Below are positions 48,091 through 59,700 of a stretch of DNA of 64,000 nt, one piece after another. Positions within the stretch are counted from its first letter, which is position 1; each line of letters opens with the position of its first letter. Both the position numbers and the translations under genes were made by a program. Source of the stretch: Terriglobia bacterium (GTDB taxonomy: Bacteria; Acidobacteriota; Terriglobia; Acidiferrales; UBA7541); assembly GCA_963695545.1 (NCBI GenBank), contig OY968796.1, positions 1,440,001-1,504,000 of the forward strand. Direction: 5' to 3'. Under the pieces are notes generated by a model. That model ran no database searches and had not been told where the DNA came from. It saw only the letters and a list, made by a program, of their open reading frames with translations.

Positions 48091-49217
48091 TCGCTGGAAT
48101 TCCACCGCGGCAATTCGCGGCGCCCTAATAAGACTTCCGCCGCCCACGCGCCGAGATACGTGGAAAGCGCCACGCCGTGTCCGCAGTAACCGCCCAACAC
48201 GATCGCGCGCTCGCTGAGCGGATGCCGCTCGAAAATCGGCTGCCAATTTTCGGTCAGCAGAATCGGTCCGCCCCAGCGATGAGCGATCGCCACGTCGCGA
48301 AGCGCCGGATGCAAATTCCGAACGCGCGTTTCCAAACGATCGAGAAGCGTTTTCGTTTTCCCCTTCTCGACCGACAAGCCATACAAGCCCTGCCAATCAT
48401 CCACTTCCACCAATCCGCATCCAAAGATCGCGGCGTTGTTGCGCAGCATGCGCCCCCACAGATAAGGGAAATCGACAGTATAAAAAGGTTTTCGCGCGCC
48501 GAGCCCGATCGCTTCGATTTGCTGTTCGGAAAGCGGCTCGGTCGCAAGCGCCAGCGTGAGCTTCGGCGTCGTGCTATCCGCGAGAGCGCTCAGTTCGAGT
48601 GACATCGCGTTCGTCGCAATCAAAATCCGCCCGGCGCGAATCTCGCGCCCCGCGACCGTCAGCCGCACCGGATTTTCAAACGCGATCTCATCCACTCGCG
48701 CGTTCTCAAATATCATCGCGCCCGCGTCCTGAGCCGCGCGCGCCACGCCGCTGACAAGCTTGCCCGGATCGATCGTGCCGCCGGCGACTTCGCCCACCAC
48801 GCGCAGCTTCCCCGAATCCGACCACGCGATCGGTGAATCCCCCGAGCCGCCCGAACGCCCAATTTCCCATGCGCCGCGGAGATCAAGATCGCAATCAATT
48901 CCGAGCGCCCGCAAAATCTCGCTGAATCCCGCAAGCACGTCGCCGAGTCCCGGCAAATCGCCCGACGCTGCTTCCGAAAGCGCCATGCCGCCGGTTCGCC
49001 CGCTCGCTCCCGCGCCAATGGATTCCGCTTCGAGCAGCACTACAGTGTGCTCAGGCGCGATACGCGGCAACCACGCGGCCGCCGCAAGCCCGGTGAAGCC
49101 ACCGCCCACAATCGCGACATCGATTTCTGAAGGAATCGCCGACGGAATCGAATCCTCCGCCGCGCGAAAATCAATCGTCCACGGCGGATCGCCCCACGGA
49201 TGCGTGCCCCGCGCCAT
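48084..49217 (-). CDS. FAD-dependent oxidoreductase (DAO family)
   Basis: DVAIVGGGFTGLAAA, GAGASGRTGG, GYCGHGVA. Confidence 0.88.
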   Translation of the reverse strand: MARGTHPWGDPPWTIDFRAAEDSIPSAIPSEIDVAIVGGGFTGLAAAAWLPRIAPEHTVVLLEAESIGAGASGRTGGMALSEAASGDLPGLGDVLAGFSEILRALGIDCDLDLRGAWEIGRSGGSGDSPIAWSDSGKLRVVGEVAGGTIDPGKLVSGVARAAQDAGAMIFENARVDEIAFENPVRLTVAGREIRAGRILIATNAMSLELSALADSTTPKLTLALATEPLSEQQIEAIGLGARKPFYTVDFPYLWGRMLRNNAAIFGCGLVEVDDWQGLYGLSVEKGKTKTLLDRLETRVRNLHPALRDVAIAHRWGGPILLTENWQPIFERHPLSERAIVLGGYCGHGVALSTYLGAWAAEVLLGRRELPRWNSSDQ

Positions 49218-49496
49218 AATTTACGCTTGCGTGCCCGCGCGCTGACAACCGTCGGCGCCGGCGCGGCATCGAAACAATCGATTACGCGGAGTGTCTCGAT
49301 TCGAACCATCGGGTAAACGTTGTATAGACGCGTACGCCGCCGCAAAGGACAATAGGTGGGAATCAGATCTCATCTCATTCTGATTTGTGAGCGAAGGCTC
49401 ATGATTTCCGCGCGTCAGTTTTCCCCGGTCTCGACCGAACGAAACTAACACACTCCGCGCGAACTATGCAGCACGTGCATTCTCAGGTAGACTTCC

Positions 49497-50261
49497 ATGG
49501 TTTCTGCCGAAAAAACGCTTCCTATGCTGACCCCGCCGTCAAACGAGACGCCATGCCCGAGCGTCATCGAATTGGTGAACGTCTCGAAAGTCTACGGCAA
49601 CGGCGCGGCCGTGCACGCGCTTCGCAATCTCGATCTCTCCGTCGCGCCGGGCGAGCGCGTCGCGGTGATGGGCCCCTCCGGATCCGGTAAATCGAGCCTG
49701 CTGAATTTAATTTGTGGGCTTGACGCGCCCACTTCTGGCTCTGTGAAAGTGGCCGGCGTCGAACTATCCGACCTCAGTGACGACGCCCGCACGCGCCTGC
49801 GCCGCGAAAAAATCGGCATGATCTTCCAGACGTTCAATCTCCTGCTCACGCTCACCGCGCTTGAAAATGTCGCCCTGCCGCTTCGTCTGCAAGGTGTGCG
49901 CAAGCGCGAAACCGACTCCCGCGCCCTCGCCATGCTCGAACGCGTCGGCCTCAAAGATCGGATCGATCATCGTCCCGACGAACTCTCCGGCGGCGAGCGC
50001 CAGCGAGTCGCCATCGCCCGCGCGCTGATCTTTCATCCCCCGCTTCTGCTCGGCGACGAGCCCACCGGCAATCTCGATTCCGCCACCGGCGAAGAAATCC
50101 TCTGCCTGCTCGATGAATTGCATCGCGAATACAACAGCACTCTTCTGCTGGTCACGCACAATGACGAGGCCGCCAGCTACTGCGATCGCATTCTCACTCT
50201 GCGCGACGGCCAAATCGTCAAATCCGAACGCTCCACTCGCCGCGGCTCCGGGGCCGCCTAA
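49497..50261 (+). CDS. ABC transporter ATP-binding protein (LolD/MacB-like)
   Basis: GPSGSGKS, LSGGERQRVAIARAL, DEPTGNLD, VTHN. Confidence 0.93.
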   Translation: MVSAEKTLPMLTPPSNETPCPSVIELVNVSKVYGNGAAVHALRNLDLSVAPGERVAVMGPSGSGKSSLLNLICGLDAPTSGSVKVAGVELSDLSDDARTRLRREKIGMIFQTFNLLLTLTALENVALPLRLQGVRKRETDSRALAMLERVGLKDRIDHRPDELSGGERQRVAIARALIFHPPLLLGDEPTGNLDSATGEEILCLLDELHREYNSTLLLVTHNDEAASYCDRILTLRDGQIVKSERSTRRGSGAA

Positions 50262-52822
50262 TGCTCCTCGCGCTGTGGCTGATCACCCGGCGCCAGTGGC
50301 GCGCGCATCGCATTCGCGTAATTCTCACCACGCTGGGCATCGCTCTCGGCGTCTCGGTCTTTTTCGCCATCCGCACCGCCAACACTGCTCTGCTCGAATC
50401 GCTGTCGCAGACCGTCGAAAAAGTCGCCGGCAAATCCACCTTGCAAGTCACCGCCGGTGAATCCGGTTTCCCCGAGCAAGTTCTCGATACCGTCCGCGCC
50501 ACGCCCGGCGTCCAGATCGCCGAGCCCGTGATCGAAGTCGATACCCGCACGTTATTTCCCGGCGAAGGCAACCTCCTCGTGCTCGGTGTGGACACCACCG
50601 GCGATTCGCAGTTGCGCGACTACGAATTCGATCGCTCCGCCACCGAAATCGTCGACCCGCTCACCTATCTCGCGCAGCCCGCCTCCATCTTGCTCTCCCG
50701 CACCTTCGCCGAGCGCCACGCCCTCAAAATCGGAGACACTCTTCCTCTGCTCACCGCCGACGGCCGGAAAGATTTCACGGTAGAAGGAATTTTCAAGCCC
50801 ATCGGCGTCGGCGCGATCTTCGGCGGAAATATCGCCGTGATGGACGTCTACTCCGCGCAAGTCGTGTTCGGCCGCGGCCACAAATTCGATCGCATCGACC
50901 TGATGAATTCCCCCGATGTTCCCGTCGCCACCGTGCAGCAGCGCCTGCGCGCGCAATTGCCCGATGGATTTCAAGTCGACCGGCCGGAAGCGCGCAGCGC
51001 GGATCTGGATAACGCCGTGGGCGCCTTGCGCATCGGCATGCAGATCACCAGTTTCATCGCCCTGCTCGTCGGCGTGTACATCATCTTCAATTCCTTCACC
51101 ATCGCCGTGAATCAGCGCTGGAAAGAGATCGGCGTCCTGCGCGCCATCGGCGTCGAAGGCCACAACGTCAACCGCATGTTTCTCTACGAAGCGTTCCTGA
51201 TGGGCGTGCTCGGTTCCGCCGTCGGAATCGCCGGCGGCTACGCCTTGGCTGCCGGAGCCGCGAAAATCATGGGCGACGTCACTGGTGCAATCTACGGCGT
51301 CGTTTCCTCGCCCGCGCGCGTGCATTGGGACACCCGCGCGGCGCTTGTCGCCATGGCCCTCGGCGTAGTGGTTTCACTCCTCGGAGCGTGGTTTCCCGCT
51401 CGCGCCGCCTCGCATCTCGATCCCATTCTCGCGTTGCACAATGTAGAGACGCGCGGTCAAGAGCATGTGCTCGGATGGGTGCGCATCGCCGTGGGCTTGA
51501 CCCTCGCCGCCAGCAGCCTGCTTCTGATTCGATTGTTTCCGCCGCACGTCGGCATGACCTTGCCGTTCTTCTACGCCGCGCTGATGCTCTTGGGTCTCAC
51601 GGCCCTCTTGCCCATCATGGTTCGCGGTCTCGCGCGCGCCTTGCGCCCGCTGATGGATTGGGCCGGAGGCTCCGAAGGCGCGCTCGCCGTCGACTCTCTG
51701 ATCCATGCGCCGCGCCGCAGCTCGGCGACCGTCGGCGCCCTGATGGTCGGCCTCATGTTTGTCTTCGCCACCACCGCCTATATCCAAAGCATTCGCCACG
51801 TCATGGATCGCTGGATGAATCAGATGATCAACGCGGATCTGTTCGTCACCACGTCCGCGACCCTGCGCACATCCACTTACCATTTCACCGAGGATCTCGG
51901 CCTGCACATCGCCCAAATCCCCGGAGTCAAGCGCGCGGAAGACGTGCGCTTCACGTCCATACCGTTTCGCGGCGATTCCGCTGCGCTGGTCGCGATCGGA
52001 ATGAACGATTTCCTCATTCGCGCGCACGGCGCTATTGACGGCGCCAATCAGAAAACCGTCGGCGCTGCGCTAACCAGCGGCCGAGGCGTGCTCACTTCTC
52101 GCAATTTCAATACCCGCTGGGGCCTCGCCGTGGGCGACCGCCTGGGCCTCAGCACTCCCACCGGCCCGCTCGTCTTGCCCATTGTCGGAGTCGTCGACGA
52201 TTACCGCTCCGAAAAGGGCACGATTTTCATGGACCGCGATCTCTACAAGAAACATTGGAACGACTCCGCCGTCGATTTCATTGATGTCGATCTCAAGCCC
52301 GGCGCCGATCCCGCCGCCGTGAAGCAGTCCATCGAGCAGCTCACCTCGGGAAACATGCAGGCATTCGTTTACACCAATGTCGAATTTAAGCATTGGGTCT
52401 CCGGACTCGTCGATCAATTCTTCTCCCTCGACTATATGCAACTCGTCGTCGCCGTTCTCGTGGCCATGATCGGCATCGTGAACACGCTGATCATTTCCGT
52501 GGCCGAGCGCCGCCGCGAAATCGGAATCGTTCGCGCCATCGGCGCGCTCCGTTCGCAGGTCCGCAAAATCGTTCTGCTCGAAGCCGTCGCGATTTCGATT
52601 ATCGGAGTGATCGTCGGCACTCTCGCCGGCGTGCTTGACACGCTCTTCATGGCCCACACCCAGTCCGTCATCCTGGTCGGCTACGCGATTCCGTTTTATT
52701 TTCCTTGGAGTCTCATCTTGTTGACATTGCCCGTGGTCATCGTCGCGTCTCTCATCGCTGGATGGTGGCCCGCGCGCAACGCTGTTCGCATGCAAGTGAT
52801 TGAGGCCATCGGCGGTGAATAA
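50261..52822 (+). CDS. ABC transporter permease with two FtsX domains
   Basis: LTTLGIALGVSV; QRWKEIGVLRAIG; ERRREIGIVRAIG; TAATG overlap with the ATPase. Confidence 0.9.
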   Translation: MLLALWLITRRQWRAHRIRVILTTLGIALGVSVFFAIRTANTALLESLSQTVEKVAGKSTLQVTAGESGFPEQVLDTVRATPGVQIAEPVIEVDTRTLFPGEGNLLVLGVDTTGDSQLRDYEFDRSATEIVDPLTYLAQPASILLSRTFAERHALKIGDTLPLLTADGRKDFTVEGIFKPIGVGAIFGGNIAVMDVYSAQVVFGRGHKFDRIDLMNSPDVPVATVQQRLRAQLPDGFQVDRPEARSADLDNAVGALRIGMQITSFIALLVGVYIIFNSFTIAVNQRWKEIGVLRAIGVEGHNVNRMFLYEAFLMGVLGSAVGIAGGYALAAGAAKIMGDVTGAIYGVVSSPARVHWDTRAALVAMALGVVVSLLGAWFPARAASHLDPILALHNVETRGQEHVLGWVRIAVGLTLAASSLLLIRLFPPHVGMTLPFFYAALMLLGLTALLPIMVRGLARALRPLMDWAGGSEGALAVDSLIHAPRRSSATVGALMVGLMFVFATTAYIQSIRHVMDRWMNQMINADLFVTTSATLRTSTYHFTEDLGLHIAQIPGVKRAEDVRFTSIPFRGDSAALVAIGMNDFLIRAHGAIDGANQKTVGAALTSGRGVLTSRNFNTRWGLAVGDRLGLSTPTGPLVLPIVGVVDDYRSEKGTIFMDRDLYKKHWNDSAVDFIDVDLKPGADPAAVKQSIEQLTSGNMQAFVYTNVEFKHWVSGLVDQFFSLDYMQLVVAVLVAMIGIVNTLIISVAERRREIGIVRAIGALRSQVRKIVLLEAVAISIIGVIVGTLAGVLDTLFMAHTQSVILVGYAIPFYFPWSLILLTLPVVIVASLIAGWWPARNAVRMQVIEAIGGE

Positions 52823-53687
52823 ATCCGCAGCAATTTCGTGCACGCGAAGAAAGTCTGATCCGCGACGCTTGATCTTGTTGTCCGCGGGCGTCTTCGCTGC
52901 GCTTTTCTTCGCGCCTCCCGCCGCTCCCAATCCGCCCGATGCACTCGACGCCGCGAAGATCATGAAAAGCGTCTATCAGCAGAACACCAGCCGCGATATG
53001 ACGCTCAAAGCCTCGCTCGACGTTTACGACAAGCAGGGGCAAATGCTGCGCAAGCGATTTGTCCTCCTGCGCATCGGCTCCCTCGGCGATAGCAAGACTC
53101 TTGTTCGCTTCACCGATCCCAAAGAAATTCGCGGCGTCGTGCTGCTCTCCGTGAATCAGCGCGGCGCGAACGACCAGCAATGGATGTACATACCCGCAAC
53201 CGATCGCGTGCGCAGCGTCGCCCCGCAAGAACGCTCCGAGCGGTTCGTTGGCAGCGACTTCACCTACGAAGACATCGCCGAAGACCCGCTGGAGAATTTC
53301 ACCTATCGGCTGCTCAGCGACAACGAGCTCATCGACGGCCGCAAAACTTTCAAGATCGAAGCCACTCCCGTCTCCCCGGACCGCTCGCAATATAAATTCA
53401 TTTATTACTGGGTTCTCCAGGATGTCCCCTGCATCGTCAACGCCGAAATGTACGATCAGGACGGCCGCGAAGTCCGCACTCTGCACGCCACTCAGTTGAA
53501 AAAAGAGTCCGGCATCTCCGGTTTCCGCCGCATCGAAGTCACTTCCGTCGCCGATGGCACCCACACCGTCCTCACCGTCGACGAAGCCCACTTCAACACC
53601 GGCCTAAGCACCGACCTCTTCACGCCCGACGCTCTCGGCAAGCCGTCCCCCGCCATCCCCGGCTCCGATTCCCCCTCCGATCATTAG
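52815..53687 (+). CDS. Outer-membrane lipoprotein-sorting (LolA-like) protein
   Basis: Signal peptide, KTLVRFTDPKEIRG..LL, QWMYIPA..RVR, FVGSDFTYED, FNTGLSTDLFT. Confidence 0.8.
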   Translation: MNKSAAISCTRRKSDPRRLILLSAGVFAALFFAPPAAPNPPDALDAAKIMKSVYQQNTSRDMTLKASLDVYDKQGQMLRKRFVLLRIGSLGDSKTLVRFTDPKEIRGVVLLSVNQRGANDQQWMYIPATDRVRSVAPQERSERFVGSDFTYEDIAEDPLENFTYRLLSDNELIDGRKTFKIEATPVSPDRSQYKFIYYWVLQDVPCIVNAEMYDQDGREVRTLHATQLKKESGISGFRRIEVTSVADGTHTVLTVDEAHFNTGLSTDLFTPDALGKPSPAIPGSDSPSDH

Positions 53688-53982
53688 GTTGATTCGAATC
53701 CCGAGCATCGGTGCTCTTGCAAGCCACACATAAGCGCGAACTTCTCGCGTGCTGTAAATATTGTTTCGAATACTCAGTTAGTACTTAACGTTATATTTAT
53801 TTTGTGCTATCCTACTAAATGTTCGCGCCGGCCCATTCGAATAATCGCCCTCGCCGACTTTCGGTTCACGTAGGCTCGAAGCTCGCCTCCGCCCACTTTT
53901 TCGCGCCGCTGCACGAGTCAATCTCATCGCTTCCAAGTCTGTCAACAAATCGTTATTCTTCAGGCGATTCCACACTCCTCGG

Positions 53983-54044
53983 TCACTCTTTTCCTGGAAG
54001 TCCTGTGTTTGCCACTCTTACGCAAAACATACCGGGGTGTACCC
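53983..54044 (+). repeat. Dispersed ~63-bp non-coding element, copy 2
   Basis: tcactcttttcctggaagtcctgtgtttgccactcttacgcaaaacataccggggtgtaccc; matches the reverse complement of 33992-34055. Confidence 0.85.
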
Positions 54045-54203
54045 GCCCACCGGTCACCCGACATTTTGTTTTCATTACGTTACGGCAACCTCGCGGCCGC
54101 GCATCGCCGTCGAATTACGCCTCCTCCGCCACGATTCGGAGTTATGCTGTCCGTTCGCCCGGACCGCTCTGGGCAGATCATCCGCAGTCGAAAGGCCTCA
54201 AGA

Positions 54204-56768
54204 ATGAAATCCATCCGCGGGCAATTCTGGATCATCGTTGCAATCTTTACCGTCGCGGTTGCCGCCCTCGCGCAGAACGTAGCGCGCACGCCGGCGGATA
54301 TCGAATCGCGCGTCGATTCGATCCTCTCCAAAATGACGCTCGATGAAAAAATAGATCTCATCAGCGGCGTCGACGGCTTTTTCATTCGCGGCGTTCCTCG
54401 TCTCGGCGTGCCGCGCCTCAAAATGGCCGATGGCCCGATCGGCGTCCGCAACTACGGGCCTGCCACGACTATGGCCGGCGGCGTCGCGCTCGCCGCCACC
54501 TGGGATCCCGATCTCGCCGTGCGCGTCGGCACTCAGATCGGCCGCGACGCTCGCGCCAAGGGCGTCCACTTTGTGCTCGGCCCGGGCGTAAATATTTATC
54601 GCGCCCCGATGAACGGCCGGAACTTCGAGTATCTCGGCGAAGATCCCTTCCTCGCCTCCCGCATCGCCGTCGGTTATATCGACGGCATGCAGAGCCAGGG
54701 CGTCAGCTCCACCATCAAACATTTCATGGGCAATAATTCCGAATTCGATCGCCACAACACAAATGATCTGATCGACGAACGCACTCTCCGCGAGCTGTAT
54801 TTGCCGGTCTTTGAAGCTGCCGTGAAGGAAGCGCACGTTGGCGCCGTGATGGCTTCCTACAATCTCACCAACGGCCAGCACATGACGCAGAACTCGATCC
54901 TCGATACCGACATCCTGAAAAAAGAGTGGGGATTCCAGGGCGTGCTCATGTCCGATTGGGATGCCACCTACGACGGTGTGGCCGCGGCCAATGCCGGTCT
55001 CGATCTGGAAATGCCCTCCGGAAAATTCATGAATCGCCAGACGCTCGAGCCTGCCATTCAACAAGGCCTCGTCTCCCAAGCCACCATCGACGACAAAGTG
55101 CGCCGCATCTTGCGCGATGCCGTGCGTTTTGGCTGGCTCGATCGCGACCAACTCGATCTTTCGATCCCGCGCTACAACCAGCAGGGTCGCGAAGTCGCCC
55201 TGCAGGGCGCGCGCGAGTCCATGGTGCTTCTGAAAAACGATGGCGCCGTTCTGCCGCTCAACAAATCGGCCATCCACTCCGTCGCCGTCATCGGCCCCGA
55301 TTACTATCCGGCCGTTCCGGTCGGCGGAGGCAGCGCACGCGTCGAACCATTCCACGCCATCAGCTTCCTTGAAGGCATCGGCAATTATCTCGGCCCCAAC
55401 GTAAAAGTATTTTCCGCGCGCGGCGTCCCAACCGTCTCCGAATTGGCCGCCGCCACTCAGTTCTCGACCGCTGCGGACGGCGCCCAGTCTGGCCTGAACG
55501 CCGAATATTTCGCGAGCAGCGATCTGACGGGCGCCGCCGTCGTCACGCGCGTCGATGCGCACGTCAATTTCGGCATGGGATCGAACATGCAGCCCGCCGA
55601 GCACACACTCTCCGCGCGCTGGTCCGGTTATTTCACGCCCGTCGCTGCCGGCGCTCACGATGTTGTCGTCCAATCGACTGGCGAAGGTGGGGGTTTCTAC
55701 CGACTTTTCGTCGACGACACGCTCGTGCTCGATCACTGGAAACTCTCAACCGCCAGACTCAATTACGCCACGCTCGACCTAACCGCCGCGCCGCACAAAA
55801 TCGTCCTCGAGCAGCGCGGCCGCTCCGGCTGGCTCGGCGGCGAGTTCCGCATGGGCATCGTGGCGCACGATAGTTACGTCGACCCCGCCGCCAAGCAACT
55901 TGCGGCCAGCGCCGATGTGGTCGTCGTCGCCGCGGGTTTCGATCCCGAAAGTGAAAGCGAAGGCTCCGATCGCACCTTTGGTCTGCCGCCCGGGCAAGAC
56001 GAGCTGATCCAAGCCATGGCCGCGGCCAATAAGAACACGATCGTCGTCCTCACCTCCGGCGGAGGCGTCGATATGCGCGCGTGGCTCGATCGTGTTCCCG
56101 CGCTCATTGAAGCCTGGTATCCCGGCCAGGAAGGCGGCACGGCGCTGGCCGAAATCCTCTTTGGCGACGTCGATCCCTCCGGCCGCTTGCCGGTCACCTT
56201 CGATCGCAGCTGGGATGAAAGCCCCGTACATGACAGCTACTATCCCGCCGAGGGCACAACCAGCGTCGCTTACAGCGAAGGAGTTTTCTCCGGCTATCGC
56301 GGTTACGATCACGCCGGCCGGAAGCCGCTTTTCCCCTTCGGCTTCGGTCTTTCCTACACCACTTTTTCCTTCTCGCATCTTGTCATCACGCCATCGAGCT
56401 CAACCGACGGCCATTGCGACGTTTCCTTTGACGTCACCAATACCGGCACACGCGAAGGCGCCGAAGTCGCGGAAGTTTACGTCGGCGATAAGCACGCCAG
56501 CGTCCCGCGCCCGCCGAAGCAGCTAGAAGGATTCGCAAAAGTCGATTTGCAACCGAAGGAAACGCGCCGCGTCACCGTGAGCCTCACGAAGCGCTCGCTT
56601 TCCTATTACGACGTCGCCGGGAAATCCTGGCGCGCCGATCCCGGCGAATTCCAAGTGCTCGTAGGAAGTTCGGATGAACAGATCGAACTGCGGGGCGCCT
56701 TCACGCTCGAAGCCGGCCAAGCGAGCGCCGCAAGTTCAGCGCACACAAAGTCAGGGAACGATCGTTAG
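54204..56768 (+). CDS. Secreted GH3 beta-glucosidase with PA14 and Fn3-like domains
   Basis: Signal peptide, MTLDEK, DGPIGVR, GRNFEYLGEDP, KHF, VLMSDW nucleophile, ESEGSDR, PFGFGLSYT. Start at ATG 54204. Confidence 0.93.
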   Translation: MKSIRGQFWIIVAIFTVAVAALAQNVARTPADIESRVDSILSKMTLDEKIDLISGVDGFFIRGVPRLGVPRLKMADGPIGVRNYGPATTMAGGVALAATWDPDLAVRVGTQIGRDARAKGVHFVLGPGVNIYRAPMNGRNFEYLGEDPFLASRIAVGYIDGMQSQGVSSTIKHFMGNNSEFDRHNTNDLIDERTLRELYLPVFEAAVKEAHVGAVMASYNLTNGQHMTQNSILDTDILKKEWGFQGVLMSDWDATYDGVAAANAGLDLEMPSGKFMNRQTLEPAIQQGLVSQATIDDKVRRILRDAVRFGWLDRDQLDLSIPRYNQQGREVALQGARESMVLLKNDGAVLPLNKSAIHSVAVIGPDYYPAVPVGGGSARVEPFHAISFLEGIGNYLGPNVKVFSARGVPTVSELAAATQFSTAADGAQSGLNAEYFASSDLTGAAVVTRVDAHVNFGMGSNMQPAEHTLSARWSGYFTPVAAGAHDVVVQSTGEGGGFYRLFVDDTLVLDHWKLSTARLNYATLDLTAAPHKIVLEQRGRSGWLGGEFRMGIVAHDSYVDPAAKQLAASADVVVVAAGFDPESESEGSDRTFGLPPGQDELIQAMAAANKNTIVVLTSGGGVDMRAWLDRVPALIEAWYPGQEGGTALAEILFGDVDPSGRLPVTFDRSWDESPVHDSYYPAEGTTSVAYSEGVFSGYRGYDHAGRKPLFPFGFGLSYTTFSFSHLVITPSSSTDGHCDVSFDVTNTGTREGAEVAEVYVGDKHASVPRPPKQLEGFAKVDLQPKETRRVTVSLTKRSLSYYDVAGKSWRADPGEFQVLVGSSDEQIELRGAFTLEAGQASAASSAHTKSGNDR

Positions 56769-59700
56769 CAGCAGGTCTTTCGCCTCGACCTGTGATCCGG
56801 TCGAGACCAAAATTTTCGCGATGCGCCCCGCGATCGGCGCATAAATGTTGGATTGCATTTTCATCGCTTCGAGCGTCATCAATTTCGCGCCGCGCGCCAC
56901 CAGTTGATTGGCCTGCACCGCGATACCGGATATCAATCCCGCGGTCGGCGCCGCCACCTGCCCCGTGTCCGCCGGATCGGCTTTGGGATGCGTGCGCGCC
57001 TCCACGCGCAACGCGCGATCGCGCACCGTCACTTCGCGCGGCTGCCCGTTCAGCTCAAAAAAGAGCAGCCGCGTCCCGTCGGGCCGCGAATCGCCCACGG
57101 CCAGAAATTTGATGATCAGCGACTTGCCGGATTCGATTTCCGCGGTGATTTCGTCGCCCGGCTTTAGGCCGTAAAAAAATGCCGGCGTCGGCAGCACGCT
57201 CACATCGGAATAAGTTCGCCGGAATTTGTCGTACTGCGCAAACACTTCGGGGTAGAGCAACGATGTCAGCAGCTCGTCGAGGTGCACGCTGCGCTCTTCG
57301 CGTTTTTCAAGCGCGCTCTGCGTCGCCGCAAGATCAACCGGCGGCGAGCTTGCTCCCGGGCGCCCCTTATGCGGCTCTTCGCCGCGCAGGATGATGCGCT
57401 GAATTTTTTTCGGCCAGCCTCCCGGCGGCGTTCCCAGGCTTCCGGCGAACATCTCGACCACGGAATTCGGCAGCGCCAGATTGTGCTTCGCGTCCAATCG
57501 CAGAATGTCCGCCGGTTGCATTTCGTTGGCCACCAAAAACATTGCCATGTCGCCCACCACTTTGCTCGACGGCGTGACCTTCACGATGTCGCCGAACAGT
57601 TGATTCACTTCGGCGTACGCGCGCTCCACTTCGTGCCAGCGATGCCCCAGCCCCATCGACTCAGCCTGTTCGCGCAAATTGGTGTATTGCCCGCCGGGAA
57701 TCTCGTGCTGATAAATGCGCGCCGATCCTGTCGTCGGCCCCGTGTCGAACGGCGCGTAGTAGCGTCGCACCACTTCCCAATAATCCGAGCACTCGTTCAG
57801 CGCCTCGATGTCCAATCCGGCTTCGCGCGGGGTGTGCCGCAGCGATTCCACCAGCGAATTCAGATTAGGCTGGCTCGTGCCGCCGCTCATCGCCGCGACC
57901 GCGGCGTCCGCCACGTCCACGCCCGCGTCTGCAGCCATCAGAACCGAAGCGCCTGCCAGGCCGCTCGAATCGTGCGTGTGAAAATGGACCGGAATGCCGA
58001 TTTCTTCGCGCAGCGCCTTCACGAGCTGGAAGGCCGCGTAGGGTTTGCACAGACCGGCCATATCCTTGATCGCCAAAAAATGCGCGCCGAGTTTTTCCAG
58101 CTCCTTCGCCATCTTCACGTAGTAGCTGAGCGAATATTTCGGCCGGCTCGCATCGAGAATATCGCCGGTGTAGCAGATCGCCGGCTCGCACACCGCGCCG
58201 ATCTCGAGCGCCGCGTCCATGGCCACGCGCATGTTCTCGATCGAGTTCAGCGAATCGAAGATGCGAAAAATGTCGATCCCTTGCCGGTGCGCTTCGTGCA
58301 CGAACGCGGCGACCACGTTGTCTGGATACGACGTGTACCCGACGGCGTTTGCGCCGCGCAGAAGCATCTGCAAGCAAATATTCGGAACGCTCGCGCGCAG
58401 TTCGCGCAGTCGTTGCCAGGGATCTTCGTGCAGAAATCGCAGCGCCGTATCGAACGTCGCGCCGCCCCACATCTCGAGACTGAACAAGTTCGAGAGCCTG
58501 TGCGCGACCGCCGGCGCCGTGGCCAGAAGATCGCGCGTGCGAACACGCGTCGCGAGAAGCGATTGGTGCGCGTCGCGGAACGTTGTGTCCGTGAATAGCA
58601 AACGTTTTTCGTTGCGCGCCCATTCCGCGAAGCGTTTCGGGCCGAGCGAAAGCAAAAGCTGCCGCGAGCCCGGCGGTGGCGCTGCCGCAGGGAAATGCGG
58701 AATCGGCGCTATCTCAAAAACGCCCGGAGCGGTTTTGCCCTTTACTTCCGGATTGCCGTTCAGGATCACGTCGCCGAGATACGCGAGCAGTTTCGTCGCG
58801 CGATCCGCGCGGCGCGGCATGCGAAACAATTCCGGCGACTCGTCGAGAAACCGCGTGGTGACGCCGCCGGACTGAAACGTCGGATGGTGAACCACGTTTT
58901 CAAGGAACGGGATATTCGTCTTCACGCCGCGAATGCGAAATTCACGCAGCGCGCGATCCATGCGCTGGCACGCCTCGGGCAGCGTGATGCCCCACGCGGT
59001 GACCTTCACCAGCAGCGAATCGTAATAAGGCGAAAGCGCCGCACCGGCATAAGCCGTGCCGCCGTCCAGACGAATGCCGAAGCCTGCGGGAGAGCGATAC
59101 GTCGTGAGCTTGCCGTAATCCGGCGCGAAATTGTTTTCGGGATCTTCGGTCGTAACGCGGCACTGCAATGCCGAACCGTACAGCGGAACAGCGTCCTGCT
59201 GCGGCAATCCGAGCGGCGCCTGGTGCAGATGATGCCCCTGCGCCACCAGAATCTGCGAGCGCACAATATCGATTCCCGTCACAACCTCGGTCACGGTGTG
59301 CTCAACCTGAATGCGCGGATTCACCTCGATGAAATACCAGCGCCCCGAATCCGCATCGAGCAAGAATTCGACCGTGCCCGCGTTGCGGTAACCCGCGCCT
59401 TTCATCAGACGCACGGCCGCGGCACACAATTCGCGGCGAATGGATGGATCGAGATTCGCCGCCGGCGCCACCTCGATCACTTTCTGATGCCGGCGCTGCA
59501 CCGAACAATCGCGCTCCCAGAGATGCAGCACCTTGCCGTGATCGTCGCCGAGGATTTGCACTTCGATGTGCCGCGCGCGCGCCAAATATTTCTCGATGAA
59601 GACGGACGCGTCGCCGAACGCGCCGAGGGCCTCGCCTTGCGCTTCTTCGAGAAGCGCGTCGAGTTCGCCGGCCTCGCGCACGATGCGCATGCCGCGTCCG

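Noticed and set aside
54009..54203. N-terminal extension of the GH3 ORF
   Set aside because: It starts inside the repeat element; the signal peptide begins at ATG 54204.
56751..56768. Convergent overlaps GH3/pyc (and dnaE2/oxidoreductase at 48084-48090)
   Set aside because: Short tail-to-tail overlaps are common, and nothing here suggests a function.
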